The notes beneath the pieces are model-generated. The model saw nothing but the letters and a program-made list of their open reading frames with translations, searched no databases and was not told the origin of the DNA. Source: a virus. Taken from it: DNA of 64,000 nt. The position numbers and the translations under genes are program-made. The DNA lies in the IMG/VR virus record IMGVR_UViG_3300044638_004964, positions 32,001 to 96,000 of that record; one strand, written 5' to 3'. Positions within the stretch are counted from its first letter, which is position 1. The number at the start of each line of letters is the position of its first letter. Below, piece by piece: positions 19,309-29,101 of the stretch.

Positions 19309-20863
19309 CTACAACGACAAGAAGACTTGGCAATTATTTGCAGAAGGTAAAACTAAGGGTATCTTTCAGTTAGAAAGTAATCTTGGTAAGGCTTGGGCTA
19401 AAAAAGTTGCTCCAACAAATATTGAAGAATTATCTGCTCTTATTGCTATTATTAGACCGGGAACGTTAAAAGCTTTCGTTGATGGAAAGTCTATGACCCA
19501 GCATTACGTTGACAGAAAGCACGGCAGAGAAGAGGTTGTATATTTGCATGAATCTCTGGAAGAAATCTTAAAGCCAACGTATGGGGTTCTAGTTTATCAA
19601 GAGCAGTCCATGCGTATAGCTCAAAAGGTCGCTGGCTTCAATCTACAAGAGGCCGACGTTCTTCGTAAGGCCATTGGAAAGAAAAAGGCTGACCTCATGA
19701 ATGAAGTTAAGAAATCATTTATTGAGGGGTCACAGCGAGTTGGAATGGTAACAAAGGAAGAAGCGGAACAGATTTTCGGATGGATTGAGAAGTCTGCACG
19801 ATATGCTTTCAATAAATCCCACAGTATATCTTATGCCGTATGCTCATATTGGAGTGCCTATTATAAAGCCCACAATACTCCAGAATTCTTTTTATCGTAT
19901 CTGTATTATGCTAATGAAAAGCAAGATCCACACCAAGAAGTTTATGAACTTATTTCTGAAGCAAAGCTATTTGATATACAGGTAAGAACACCTAGTCTTG
20001 CCAATTTCGATACAAAATTTAACTTTAGACATGGGAAGATATACTTTGGGATTAAGGATATCAAATCTCTCACTGGTAAAACTGGCGATAAATTGATAGA
20101 AGCGGTCGAAGAATCAGAAAAGCTTGCTGGTAAAAAAATTACTAAATTCTCATGGTTAGAGTTATTGATATATTTTAGCCCCAATATAAGTTCCACTTCT
20201 TTTAAAGCTTTAGCCTCAATTGGTTTTTATAGAGACTTTGCAGAAAAGATTAGTAGAAATAAAGCGCTGTATGATTATGATATATTTAAGAATTTAACAC
20301 AGGCTGAGAAAACTTGGGTTTTAACTCAATACCCGACTAAAAAGTGGTCAACATTTATGGATTGTTTGAAGGATTTGGCACCAACTAAAAAAGAAGGTGG
20401 TGGAACTAGCAAAGCCGATAGAAGACAATTTATAGAGAATGAACTACAATTATTAATAAATCCACCATACGACTTGGAGGATGAACCAAGCTGGTTAATA
20501 GATCAAGAAATTAAATTCTTAGGCTGTCCAGTTACAATGACTAAAATTGAAACATCCGATACTTCCGCAGCTAATACAACATGTAAAGATGTTGTTAACG
20601 GAAAAAAGGGTAAGGACTTGTGCATAGTTGCCAATGTCCAAAGAGTTTCGGATTATAAAATAACAAAGGGTGAATCAAAAGGCCAAATGATGTCATTTCT
20701 AACAATAGAAGATGATTCATGTATCCTTGATAGCGTTATAGTATTTCCAAAAGTTAGAGATAAGTACAAATATGTGCTTTACGAAGGAAATAATCTAATT
20801 TTCTGTGGGAATGTAGCCGACCACGACTCGTCCTTTATAGTGAACCAAATTCATGAGATTTGA
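19301..20863 (+). CDS. dnaE: DNA polymerase III alpha (DnaE), C-terminal part: fingers, HhH, OB fold
   Basis: GIFQLES, IRPG, TYGVLVYQEQ, ADVLRKAIGKK, YAFNKSHS, YYKAH, IYFGIKDIK, KGQMMSFLTIED. Confidence 0.93.
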   Translation: MIDYNDKKTWQLFAEGKTKGIFQLESNLGKAWAKKVAPTNIEELSALIAIIRPGTLKAFVDGKSMTQHYVDRKHGREEVVYLHESLEEILKPTYGVLVYQEQSMRIAQKVAGFNLQEADVLRKAIGKKKADLMNEVKKSFIEGSQRVGMVTKEEAEQIFGWIEKSARYAFNKSHSISYAVCSYWSAYYKAHNTPEFFLSYLYYANEKQDPHQEVYELISEAKLFDIQVRTPSLANFDTKFNFRHGKIYFGIKDIKSLTGKTGDKLIEAVEESEKLAGKKITKFSWLELLIYFSPNISSTSFKALASIGFYRDFAEKISRNKALYDYDIFKNLTQAEKTWVLTQYPTKKWSTFMDCLKDLAPTKKEGGGTSKADRRQFIENELQLLINPPYDLEDEPSWLIDQEIKFLGCPVTMTKIETSDTSAANTTCKDVVNGKKGKDLCIVANVQRVSDYKITKGESKGQMMSFLTIEDDSCILDSVIVFPKVRDKYKYVLYEGNNLIFCGNVADHDSSFIVNQIHEI

Positions 20864-20914
20864 TGTGTTTTTTCAGCCTGTACCTGCTAATATACAAAGA
20901 TAGGAGATCAATAG

Positions 20915-21226
20915 ATGAATATATGTTGTTTTACTGGATATTTGCTAGAAGACCCTCGCATATCCGACATTGATGGTGTTACTCTTGCGGAATTTGTCAT
21001 GGTTGTCTATACTTATAGAAAAACCAAGAGTGGAGAAAAGAACAGAATACCAACATATGTTAGATGCGAAGCTTGGCATACTGGTGCTGAAACACTAGAA
21101 AAATATGCCACCAAGGGAACTAAGCTAAATGTTCACGCTTCTGCCAAGAATGTTTCAAAAGAAGATCAAAGAGTTTTGTTTAGAATTAACGAATTCGACT
21201 TTTGTAATCAAGACTTTGAAGACTAA
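20915..21226 (+). CDS. ssb: Short single-stranded DNA-binding protein (OB fold)
   Basis: MN...GYL..DP, CEAW...AE....Y..KG..L.V pattern; AGGAG upstream. Confidence 0.75.
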   Translation: MNICCFTGYLLEDPRISDIDGVTLAEFVMVVYTYRKTKSGEKNRIPTYVRCEAWHTGAETLEKYATKGTKLNVHASAKNVSKEDQRVLFRINEFDFCNQDFED

Positions 21227-21882
21227 TGACCATACCAAATAATATTCTTTTAACTTGGAAAGATCGTCAAATTCCAAATTATGTTATTAGCAATATTACA
21301 AAAATCAATCCTAATATAAATATTAGCTTCTTCGATGATAATGATATTAAGAATTTTCTTGAAAGTCATTACGGAAGAAACTATGTGGATTTTTTTAATT
21401 CAATAAAGCTTGGTTATAACAAGGGCGATTTCTTTCGATATTGTTATCTATATAAATATGGTGGATATTATTTTGATATTGATATAGAACATGTTTTACC
21501 AATTTCTGAAATAGTGGATAAAGATACAACATTTTTTAGTATTATATCAGCATTACTTCCGGGACACATATTTCAAGCAATATTATTCTGTGAACCAAAT
21601 CATTTAATTATCAAAAAATGTATAGATGACATGTTTAAGTTTGGCCCAAATCCTCCAATAACTTCATCGTATATTGGTCACACAACAACTTGTATGTTTA
21701 ATAATATAGGATCTTTTTTAGAAGATGTTCCAAGAGAGGGTATCTTCACTAGCAATAAAGAAAAAATATGTTTGGGAAAAGAACGTATGTATAATAGTAG
21801 ATACGTATGTACTTATCAAAATAAAATAATAGCCTTTTCAAGATACAAAAACTATAATAGAGAAATGGGATTTTTAGAATGA
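21226..21882 (+). CDS. GT32/OCH1-like DxD glycosyltransferase
   Basis: IPNNILLTWK, DFFRYCYLYKYGGYYFDID. Confidence 0.88.
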   Translation: MTIPNNILLTWKDRQIPNYVISNITKINPNINISFFDDNDIKNFLESHYGRNYVDFFNSIKLGYNKGDFFRYCYLYKYGGYYFDIDIEHVLPISEIVDKDTTFFSIISALLPGHIFQAILFCEPNHLIIKKCIDDMFKFGPNPPITSSYIGHTTTCMFNNIGSFLEDVPREGIFTSNKEKICLGKERMYNSRYVCTYQNKIIAFSRYKNYNREMGFLE

Positions 21883-23534
21883 GAAAAAAGAGAATTCTAT
21901 TTTGTAGCGAAGCGACATTTTTAAATACAGGATATGCTACATATACTAGAGAGATATTGAATTATCTACATAGTACTGGTAAGTATGAATTAGCGGAAAT
22001 GGCTTCTTATGGTGAAAAAAATGATCCCAGAGCAGCAAATATTCCTTGGAAATTTTATGGTGTTATTCCACCAAATAATGCTAGCGAGGATGAGAAAAAA
22101 CAATATCACTCCTTTCCAACAGCGCAGTTTGGAGAATTAGCATTTGAGCCAACGTGTTTGGATTTTAAACCAGACGTTGTTTGTGATATAAGAGATTTTT
22201 GGATGTTGGATTTTGCTGAACGATCACCATTCAGACCATTCTTTAAATGGTGCATTATGCCAACGGTCGATGCTCGACCACAAGCTAGACAATGGATAGC
22301 AACATACCAATCAGCAGATGCTTGTATAACATATTCAGAATGGGCTGGAGATGTATTAAAAGATCAATCTGGTGATAATATTAACTATTTAGGGATATCG
22401 CCACCATCGGCACATCCAGCATATCAACCAATTGATAATAAAGAAGCGCTGCGTCAAAGTTATGGTATCGATCCAGATTTAAAAATTGTTGGAACAGTTA
22501 TGCGTAATCAAAGACGCAAGCTATACCCAGATCTATTCCAAGCTTTTAAAACTTTATTGGATAGCGTTGATGATAGTTCGAAATATATGTTGTATTGCCA
22601 CACAAGTTATCCAGACTTAGGTTGGGATATTCCAGAATTGTTACAACAATACCAGCTATCGTCCAAAGTATTATTTACATACATATGCGCCCAGACAGGT
22701 AAACCATTTCCATCTTTATTTAAAGGTGCTATTGCTCAATCTCCATTTACTGGTCAGTATGGAGCAACTCTATCCAATGTAAAGCAAGGTGTTGACTATG
22801 AAGATTTATCTAAGATTATAAATCTATTTGATATTTATATTCAATATGCTAATTGTGAAGGATTCGGTCTACCACAGGTAGAAGCTGCCGCTTGTGGCGT
22901 TCCAGTAATGTCCGTTGACTATTCAGCTATGGAAAGCGTTGTTAGGAATTTAGGTGGCATACCATTAACGCCAAAAGCTTTGTACAAAGAATTGGAAACG
23001 GGATGCTTAAGGGCGGTTCCAGATAATGATCTAACGGCCCAAAAATTAATTGAATTTTTTAATCAACCAATTAGCATAAGAAGAAAACATGGATTTGAAA
23101 CTAGACAAGCGTTTTTAAGATATTATCAGTGGAATAAGAGTGGAAAAGTTTGGGAAGATTATTTTGATAGCGTAGAAATACTTCCAGAAGAATTAACTTG
23201 GAAATCTAAACCTAGAATTATACAACCACAACCAAAACCACAAGAAATACCAAAAGGAATGACCCATGAAAGTTTAGCTAGATGGTTGATAACAGACGTT
23301 TTATGTGAGCCAGACAAAGTTAATTCATTTATGGAAGCTAGATTAATAAGAGACTTGATGTATCAAACATCAACAGCTACAACTGGTGGAATGTATTTTA
23401 ATGAGAGCGCTGCCGCTTTTGATGGTAAATTGTCAAGAAGTCCATTTAATTTTGATATAGCATATAATCACATGGCTAACTTGTGTAATAGAAGAAATCA
23501 CTGGGAACAAATAAGAACCAATTACAATAAATAA
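21879..23534 (+). CDS. GT4 (GT-B) glycosyltransferase
   Basis: TGYA, VMRNQRRK, EGFGLPQVEAAACGVPV (E-x7-E). Confidence 0.9.
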   Translation: MRKKRILFCSEATFLNTGYATYTREILNYLHSTGKYELAEMASYGEKNDPRAANIPWKFYGVIPPNNASEDEKKQYHSFPTAQFGELAFEPTCLDFKPDVVCDIRDFWMLDFAERSPFRPFFKWCIMPTVDARPQARQWIATYQSADACITYSEWAGDVLKDQSGDNINYLGISPPSAHPAYQPIDNKEALRQSYGIDPDLKIVGTVMRNQRRKLYPDLFQAFKTLLDSVDDSSKYMLYCHTSYPDLGWDIPELLQQYQLSSKVLFTYICAQTGKPFPSLFKGAIAQSPFTGQYGATLSNVKQGVDYEDLSKIINLFDIYIQYANCEGFGLPQVEAAACGVPVMSVDYSAMESVVRNLGGIPLTPKALYKELETGCLRAVPDNDLTAQKLIEFFNQPISIRRKHGFETRQAFLRYYQWNKSGKVWEDYFDSVEILPEELTWKSKPRIIQPQPKPQEIPKGMTHESLARWLITDVLCEPDKVNSFMEARLIRDLMYQTSTATTGGMYFNESAAAFDGKLSRSPFNFDIAYNHMANLCNRRNHWEQIRTNYNK

Positions 23535-23538
23535 TAAC

Positions 23539-24657
23539 ATGAAAATACTATACATTGGACATTATAAAGAAGGAAGTGGCTGGTCTAAAGCTGCTATAGA
23601 TTTGATATTATCTATGCACAGCGTTGGTCTTGATGTTACTTGTAGGAATATAAAGTTAACAAATAATAATCCAGAAGTAGATCCAACGATTATAGAATTA
23701 GAAAATAAACCATTATCTGATATAGATATTTGCATACAGCATGTGTTGCCACACCACATGGTAGGCACTCAGAAATTTAAAAAGAACGTCGCCTATTTTG
23801 TTGCAGAATCTAGTACAACTCTATATAATCCTTGGTTTATTTGTTTGCAACACATGGACGAGGTTTGGGTTCCTAATAAGAATTTGATGGACAATTTGAT
23901 TAATGATGGACTAAATAAAGAGGTCAGGGTTGTTCATCATGCGTCAAACAATTCAAAAATGATTCAGCCAGATATTAAATTTACATTCCCTAACAACAGT
24001 AATTTTAAATTTTATTATATTGGTGAATTAAATGATAGAAAAAATGTTGAATCAATTATTAGGTCTTTTCATAGCGAATTCGCAAACTTTGAGCCAGTAT
24101 CTCTAGTATTAAAAATAAAAAAGCATGGAGTGTCTGCACAAGAATTAACAAAATACTGTGAACAAATATGTACAACTATTAAAAAAGAACTTAGGATGCA
24201 CAAGGATGTTGATAGTTATCACAAAGAACTTATTATTGCTGATGATATTGACGATAAGCATATAGATATATTGCACAATTCGTGCGATTGCTTTGTTGCC
24301 CCAAGTCACGGGGAAGGATGGTCTATACCAGCTTTTGACGCTATGAGATATGGTAAAACTCCCATATGTAGCAATGAGGGTGGCCCAAGAGAGTTTATAG
24401 ATAGCAACGATAAGAACACTGGCACTCTTATTAATGGCATATACTCTACGTGTAATCATTCTGATCCAGCCTTTATGGATATATTTACAGGTAGAGAAGA
24501 TTGGTTTATTCCAAGCGAATATGAAATTAAAAAAGCCATGAGATTTTACTATGAAAATCGTGACAAGATAGACAGGAAAGCTGGCTTTAAAACATCAGAG
24601 AAATTTTCATATAAAACTATTGGTAATACGATAAGGGACATTCTAAATGATAAATAG
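23539..24657 (+). CDS. GT4 (GT-B) glycosyltransferase
   Basis: SGWSKAA, DEVWVP, RKN, PSHGEGWSIPAFDAM..GK. Confidence 0.88.
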   Translation: MKILYIGHYKEGSGWSKAAIDLILSMHSVGLDVTCRNIKLTNNNPEVDPTIIELENKPLSDIDICIQHVLPHHMVGTQKFKKNVAYFVAESSTTLYNPWFICLQHMDEVWVPNKNLMDNLINDGLNKEVRVVHHASNNSKMIQPDIKFTFPNNSNFKFYYIGELNDRKNVESIIRSFHSEFANFEPVSLVLKIKKHGVSAQELTKYCEQICTTIKKELRMHKDVDSYHKELIIADDIDDKHIDILHNSCDCFVAPSHGEGWSIPAFDAMRYGKTPICSNEGGPREFIDSNDKNTGTLINGIYSTCNHSDPAFMDIFTGREDWFIPSEYEIKKAMRFYYENRDKIDRKAGFKTSEKFSYKTIGNTIRDILNDK

Positions 24658-25642
24658 TATAAAAAGGATAATCAACTGCTGTAATAGAGATATTAATGCG
24701 GGATTTAATATATTAACGTTTCCAACCCACGAAAGATATGAAAGTCAGTTAGCAAAAACTGGGCATAATTTTTATTCATTCAATATCAAGGATGGCAAAA
24801 AGTGGAATAGGGAACAAATAACTCCTCCAGAAAATTATCATATTCTTCCAGAAGGATATATTTGCGAATACATACCTTATGATTTTATTTTGGTGCAAAG
24901 TAAATTTTGGCAATATCAAGTCGCACAGCAAATTAATCAAACTCTGATGCTTCCGATAATTGTATTAGAACACACTTTACCAACACCGCAGACAATATCA
25001 GAACAAAATATACAAATAATGAAAAAAATGGTAGGAGATATTAATATTTTTATCTCTGAATATTCTCAAAAAGAATGGAATATAGAAGCTGCATCTAATG
25101 TTATTCATCATGGCATAGATACTAATACTTTTAAGCCATTGGATTTGGATAAAGAAAATACCATACTGACTGTTGCTAATAATTTTGTTAATCGTGATTA
25201 CTGTCTAAATTATAGCGGGTGGAAAAGAGTAACTAATGGATTACCAGTAAAATTGATTGGGGACACAAAAGGATTATCAGTATCAGCTTCGTCTACAGAT
25301 GAACTTGTTGAGGAATACAATAAGTGCGCTGTTTATTTTAATAGTTCAACAATTAGTCCAATCCCAACATCTTTACTTGAAGCCATGTCTTGCGGTTGTG
25401 CCATTGTGTCCACTGCAACCTGTATGATACCAGAAATTATACAGAATGGAATAAATGGATTTATATCAAACGATGAAGAAGAATTGAAAGGCTATATTAA
25501 AATATTACTAGAGGATGAAAACTTGAGAAAGAAAATCGGAAATGAAGCTAGAAATACTATACTAGAAAAGTTTTCTCAAGATACATTCATAAACCAATGG
25601 AATAACGTGTTCAATAAAATTTACGAGGTTTCTACAAAATGA
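24647..25642 (+). CDS. GT4 (GT-B) glycosyltransferase
   Basis: VIHHGIDTNTF, PTSLLEAMSCG, EIIQNGINGF. Confidence 0.88.
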   Translation: MINSIKRIINCCNRDINAGFNILTFPTHERYESQLAKTGHNFYSFNIKDGKKWNREQITPPENYHILPEGYICEYIPYDFILVQSKFWQYQVAQQINQTLMLPIIVLEHTLPTPQTISEQNIQIMKKMVGDINIFISEYSQKEWNIEAASNVIHHGIDTNTFKPLDLDKENTILTVANNFVNRDYCLNYSGWKRVTNGLPVKLIGDTKGLSVSASSTDELVEEYNKCAVYFNSSTISPIPTSLLEAMSCGCAIVSTATCMIPEIIQNGINGFISNDEEELKGYIKILLEDENLRKKIGNEARNTILEKFSQDTFINQWNNVFNKIYEVSTK

Positions 25643-26067
25643 AAATTCATATAACAGAGAATATTGAAAATATAATTGAGGGCTATAATATGTCTCCTAT
25701 TATATATGGAAAAGTAGATATAGATAAATATCCAGATAATTCTGTAACAGAAATTATAGCCATAGACGCTATAGGTTCTATTCCAGTAGAATTATTGAGT
25801 AATTTCTTAGATCAAGTTGTTAAAAAGATGAGAATGGGTTGTACTATGACTATTGGTGGCATTGAATTGGGCTTATTAGCCAGAAATGTTGTTAATGGAA
25901 GAGTAAATAGTGAAACATTCAATGGCTTGGTATTTAAAAATAAATCTATATTTAGTTCTGTGGATATTGTTAATATGTTAACACAACGTAATCTTGTTAT
26001 AGACAACGTAAACATAATAGGAAATAATTATGAAATCAAGACCTCAAGACCCACAAATAAAAACTAA
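25639..26067 (+). CDS. Truncated or degenerate class I methyltransferase-like protein
   Basis: YPDNSVTEI...LDQVVKKMRMGCTMTI resembles the post-motif-I part of small SAM methyltransferases; no glycine-rich SAM loop. Confidence 0.45.
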   Translation: MKIHITENIENIIEGYNMSPIIYGKVDIDKYPDNSVTEIIAIDAIGSIPVELLSNFLDQVVKKMRMGCTMTIGGIELGLLARNVVNGRVNSETFNGLVFKNKSIFSSVDIVNMLTQRNLVIDNVNIIGNNYEIKTSRPTNKN

Positions 26068-26767
26068 TTGCAAAACTTGTCAGTGTGCTATATATGAAAA
26101 TAATACTCAGATAGGATGTTCTTTTAATAGAATACAAAAGTTTGGCGACAATGTAATCGAAGCATACGATGATGAAAAAGAATTCTATATCATCAAACGT
26201 TTCTGTAATTATTTTAGAAATCAGAATTGGAATAATGGCGTTTTAGATCTTGAGAAAATTAAGCATGAGTCATCTGTAAGTTTTGATATTATTATTGATT
26301 GCAGCAATCTAGATACGGAGATGGATACTGAAAGCGTTATACAAATATTGAGTGATATGAACTATTATACAAATAAAGTAAATATCATACTTTTGCATCT
26401 CACATCGTGCGATAAAAATATCAGAAAAAATATTTTCAAGGTGTTCTGCTCTAAAAAGTGTCAAATTGTTGAAACTGTTGACTTAAGTGAATATCTGCAT
26501 TCTTTTGCAATTTCTTCAAAGTCAACGTATCATATCTTGGTAGATATGTCCAACAAGTCGCAACTATTGAAACTACATAAATTAAATGATGCAATCAATG
26601 ATGACATTAAGCAAGCTATAGTATTCAATATAAACACAGTTAGGGCTATATCAAATATTGTCTATAGAATAGAAAGTTTGTCAAACGAACAGTCCGATTA
26701 CAAAGTTAATGTATCCAGCATTGTTAAGAAATCTTTAGAATCCAATTTATCAATAGATATATTATGA
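26030..26767 (+). CDS. Hypothetical protein (Cys-rich N-terminus)
   Basis: CKTC.C...C...C N-terminus; lies inside the glycosylation cluster. Confidence 0.6.
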   Translation: MKSRPQDPQIKTNCKTCQCAIYENNTQIGCSFNRIQKFGDNVIEAYDDEKEFYIIKRFCNYFRNQNWNNGVLDLEKIKHESSVSFDIIIDCSNLDTEMDTESVIQILSDMNYYTNKVNIILLHLTSCDKNIRKNIFKVFCSKKCQIVETVDLSEYLHSFAISSKSTYHILVDMSNKSQLLKLHKLNDAINDDIKQAIVFNINTVRAISNIVYRIESLSNEQSDYKVNVSSIVKKSLESNLSIDIL

Positions 26768-27501
26768 TTAAAAATAAGTGTATAACGTCTCCCAAAGCTA
26801 AAAAAGCAATACAAAAAAATTCAGATTTTATCACTGTTATTTTACTGTGTGATTCTCCGGGATATAGAATGAGGTCTTATGGGCCAACTTCTCTGATCTC
26901 CATATCTAATAAAAAACTAATAGATATTCAAATAGAAGCGATAAAACAAACATTTGATAATTTTGAAATAATATTGTGTGTTGGCTTTGATGCTGAAAAA
27001 ATTTGTAAATATGTTAGATCGAAGTATTTTAATTTAAATATAAGGTTAGTAGAGAATCAGCTATTTAAGAATTCTAACTCATGTGAGGCAGCTAGACTAA
27101 CCATGAACAATACTAACAACACAAAAATAGTTATGTGCGACGGTAATTTATTACTTAATTCCAACGTATTGTCTATGGTTGAGGATGTTGATTCGTGCGT
27201 TTTTACAGAATCGTCGCCATGCGTAAATTTGGAAGTTGGCCTAAATATAGATGAAAAAAATCAAGTGCAATATTTTTCATTTGGTGCGCATAAAACTTGG
27301 TCAGAAATACTATACTTAAATAATATAGAGATTATTGAAACATTTAGAAAAATTGTATCCTCTCAGGACTATAAGAATAAGTTTATTTTTGAAGCACTTA
27401 ATGAGCTTATTAAAACTAAACACAAGTTAAGATGCTTTACTAACGATAAAAGCGTCAAGAAAATAAACAACATTAAAACATATCATTCAATAACGAGGTA
27501 G
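26764..27501 (+). CDS. Sugar/choline-phosphate nucleotidyltransferase-like protein (degenerate)
   Basis: VILLCDSPGYRMRSYGPTSLI, IILCVGF, VEN, CDGNL follow the LicC/GlmU-type layout with altered catalytic motifs. Confidence 0.65.
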   Translation: MIKNKCITSPKAKKAIQKNSDFITVILLCDSPGYRMRSYGPTSLISISNKKLIDIQIEAIKQTFDNFEIILCVGFDAEKICKYVRSKYFNLNIRLVENQLFKNSNSCEAARLTMNNTNNTKIVMCDGNLLLNSNVLSMVEDVDSCVFTESSPCVNLEVGLNIDEKNQVQYFSFGAHKTWSEILYLNNIEIIETFRKIVSSQDYKNKFIFEALNELIKTKHKLRCFTNDKSVKKINNIKTYHSITR

Positions 27502-28358
27502 TGATGAAAGTATTAGTAGAAAATTATTCATCTGTATATTGCACAGAACCTTTGTATCTAAGCACAACCATAGACTCTATAGACGGCTGTTCCTCTGCTA
27601 TATTTCCGTCTGATAGCAAGATGAGTGTTTATGATAAATTTGACTTAAGTAAGCCAAATGTCTACATAACACACGCGATGTTGTTAAACAATGATATTAT
27701 ATCTTATCTTGTGGAAAATAAAGGTATCGATATTATTATGAATATTAGCGGTTTAGATCAAGAGCAATTATCTCAAGCTGAGAAATTGTTTTTGTATCAT
27801 AATCTCAAACCCCTTTTATTTTTTATCAATTATTCTCATCATGGCCTTGTTAGTAAAAATTTTAATATTTTTACACTCCCACACTGTGCAGATATATACT
27901 TAGGCGTGAATAAGAAGATGACATATAATATAGAAAATGGTATTTTGGTTTCTGATAAATCTCAAATATCAAAAAGAGAAGGAACCTATCACTATATAGC
28001 AATCAATAGGAGTTTGAGTAACGATGTTGATATTTGTATGTCAACTATTCAGTTATCAAATATTTACGCAAATTATGATCGCCTAGTAATTAAACCTTTT
28101 AAAAAAATAGTCCCTCAATATTTCTATGATGCTGTATTTTATGGAAAATCGGTTGTTTATGAAACCGACAAAGCTGATGATCCAATGATAGATATTCTAA
28201 GGGCGGCATTCAAAGATTTAGATCCACAAGCTCTAAAAACAACCGTAAAAAGTAAACATACATGTTTAAATAGAACAAAATCATTATTGTCGCAATTGCC
28301 ATGCAACGATATTGTCATTAAACTAGGCAAAATGATGGAGACAATACAATGGGAGTAA
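27501..28358 (+). CDS. Divergent GT-B-like protein
   Basis: C-terminal FYDAVFYG...HTCLNRTKSLL resembles the CgeB/Glyco_trans_1_2 tail. Confidence 0.45.
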   Translation: MMKVLVENYSSVYCTEPLYLSTTIDSIDGCSSAIFPSDSKMSVYDKFDLSKPNVYITHAMLLNNDIISYLVENKGIDIIMNISGLDQEQLSQAEKLFLYHNLKPLLFFINYSHHGLVSKNFNIFTLPHCADIYLGVNKKMTYNIENGILVSDKSQISKREGTYHYIAINRSLSNDVDICMSTIQLSNIYANYDRLVIKPFKKIVPQYFYDAVFYGKSVVYETDKADDPMIDILRAAFKDLDPQALKTTVKSKHTCLNRTKSLLSQLPCNDIVIKLGKMMETIQWE

Positions 28359-29101
28359 CAGTTATATTAAGTGGATATAAAAGACCATATACTTTACAGG
28401 CTCAATATGATGCTATATTAAGGCAGACTTATAGACCACAATCTATAATGTTATGGGTGAATGTAGTAGAAGATCTAAGTAACTATCCCCAAGAAGTTAT
28501 TAATAATTGTGAATCAATTGTTTCTAATGGTAATTATGGGGTATGGGGAAGATTCTCAATGGCTCTCAATGCTAGAACGGACTTTATCAATATTATAGAT
28601 GATGATACCATTCCCGGCGACAGATGGTTAGAGAATTGTATCAATACAGTAAATATTCAAGATGGTATTTTGGCAACTAGGGGCGTTATAGCAGATAAGC
28701 AAAATGATAAGAGTTATCCAGCACCTCAAAGTTATAAAGCTATTGGATGGTGTGACCCTAACGAAGAAACAACTAGAGTTGATATGGGTTGTCATTCTTG
28801 GTTTTTCGCCAAACCAATTCTAAGAGCATTTTGGGCTGAGATGCCACTTAATATTCCAATGAATTATGGCGAAGATATGCATCTATCATATATTGCTCAA
28901 AAACATTTTGGATTATTTACATACGTTCCCCCACACCCAAAAGATAATAAAGAGTTGTGGGGATCTATGCCAGATACAGCATCTAAGTATGGAGAGGACA
29001 AAGCGGCCATATCTTGGAGTGGAGAAGCTAATGCTGGAATGAATAGATACTGGAATTTTATTAGGAATAACGGTTATAAAACTATAGCAGATGAATCATG
29101 A
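28349..29101 (+). CDS. GT2/GT-A glycosyltransferase
   Basis: VTVILSGYKRP, WGRF, IIDDDTIPG, GEDMHLS. Confidence 0.85.
   Translation: MGVTVILSGYKRPYTLQAQYDAILRQTYRPQSIMLWVNVVEDLSNYPQEVINNCESIVSNGNYGVWGRFSMALNARTDFINIIDDDTIPGDRWLENCINTVNIQDGILATRGVIADKQNDKSYPAPQSYKAIGWCDPNEETTRVDMGCHSWFFAKPILRAFWAEMPLNIPMNYGEDMHLSYIAQKHFGLFTYVPPHPKDNKELWGSMPDTASKYGEDKAAISWSGEANAGMNRYWNFIRNNGYKTIADES

Noticed and set aside
17600-19400. Split intein, self-splicing intron or ribosomal bypass joining the dnaE halves
   Set aside because: DnaE-N has no intein N-terminal block after the polymerase sequence, and DnaE-C has no HN-C/S/T junction. The gap is fully occupied by coupled ORFs including dnaQ, and 1.6 kb is far too long for bypassing.
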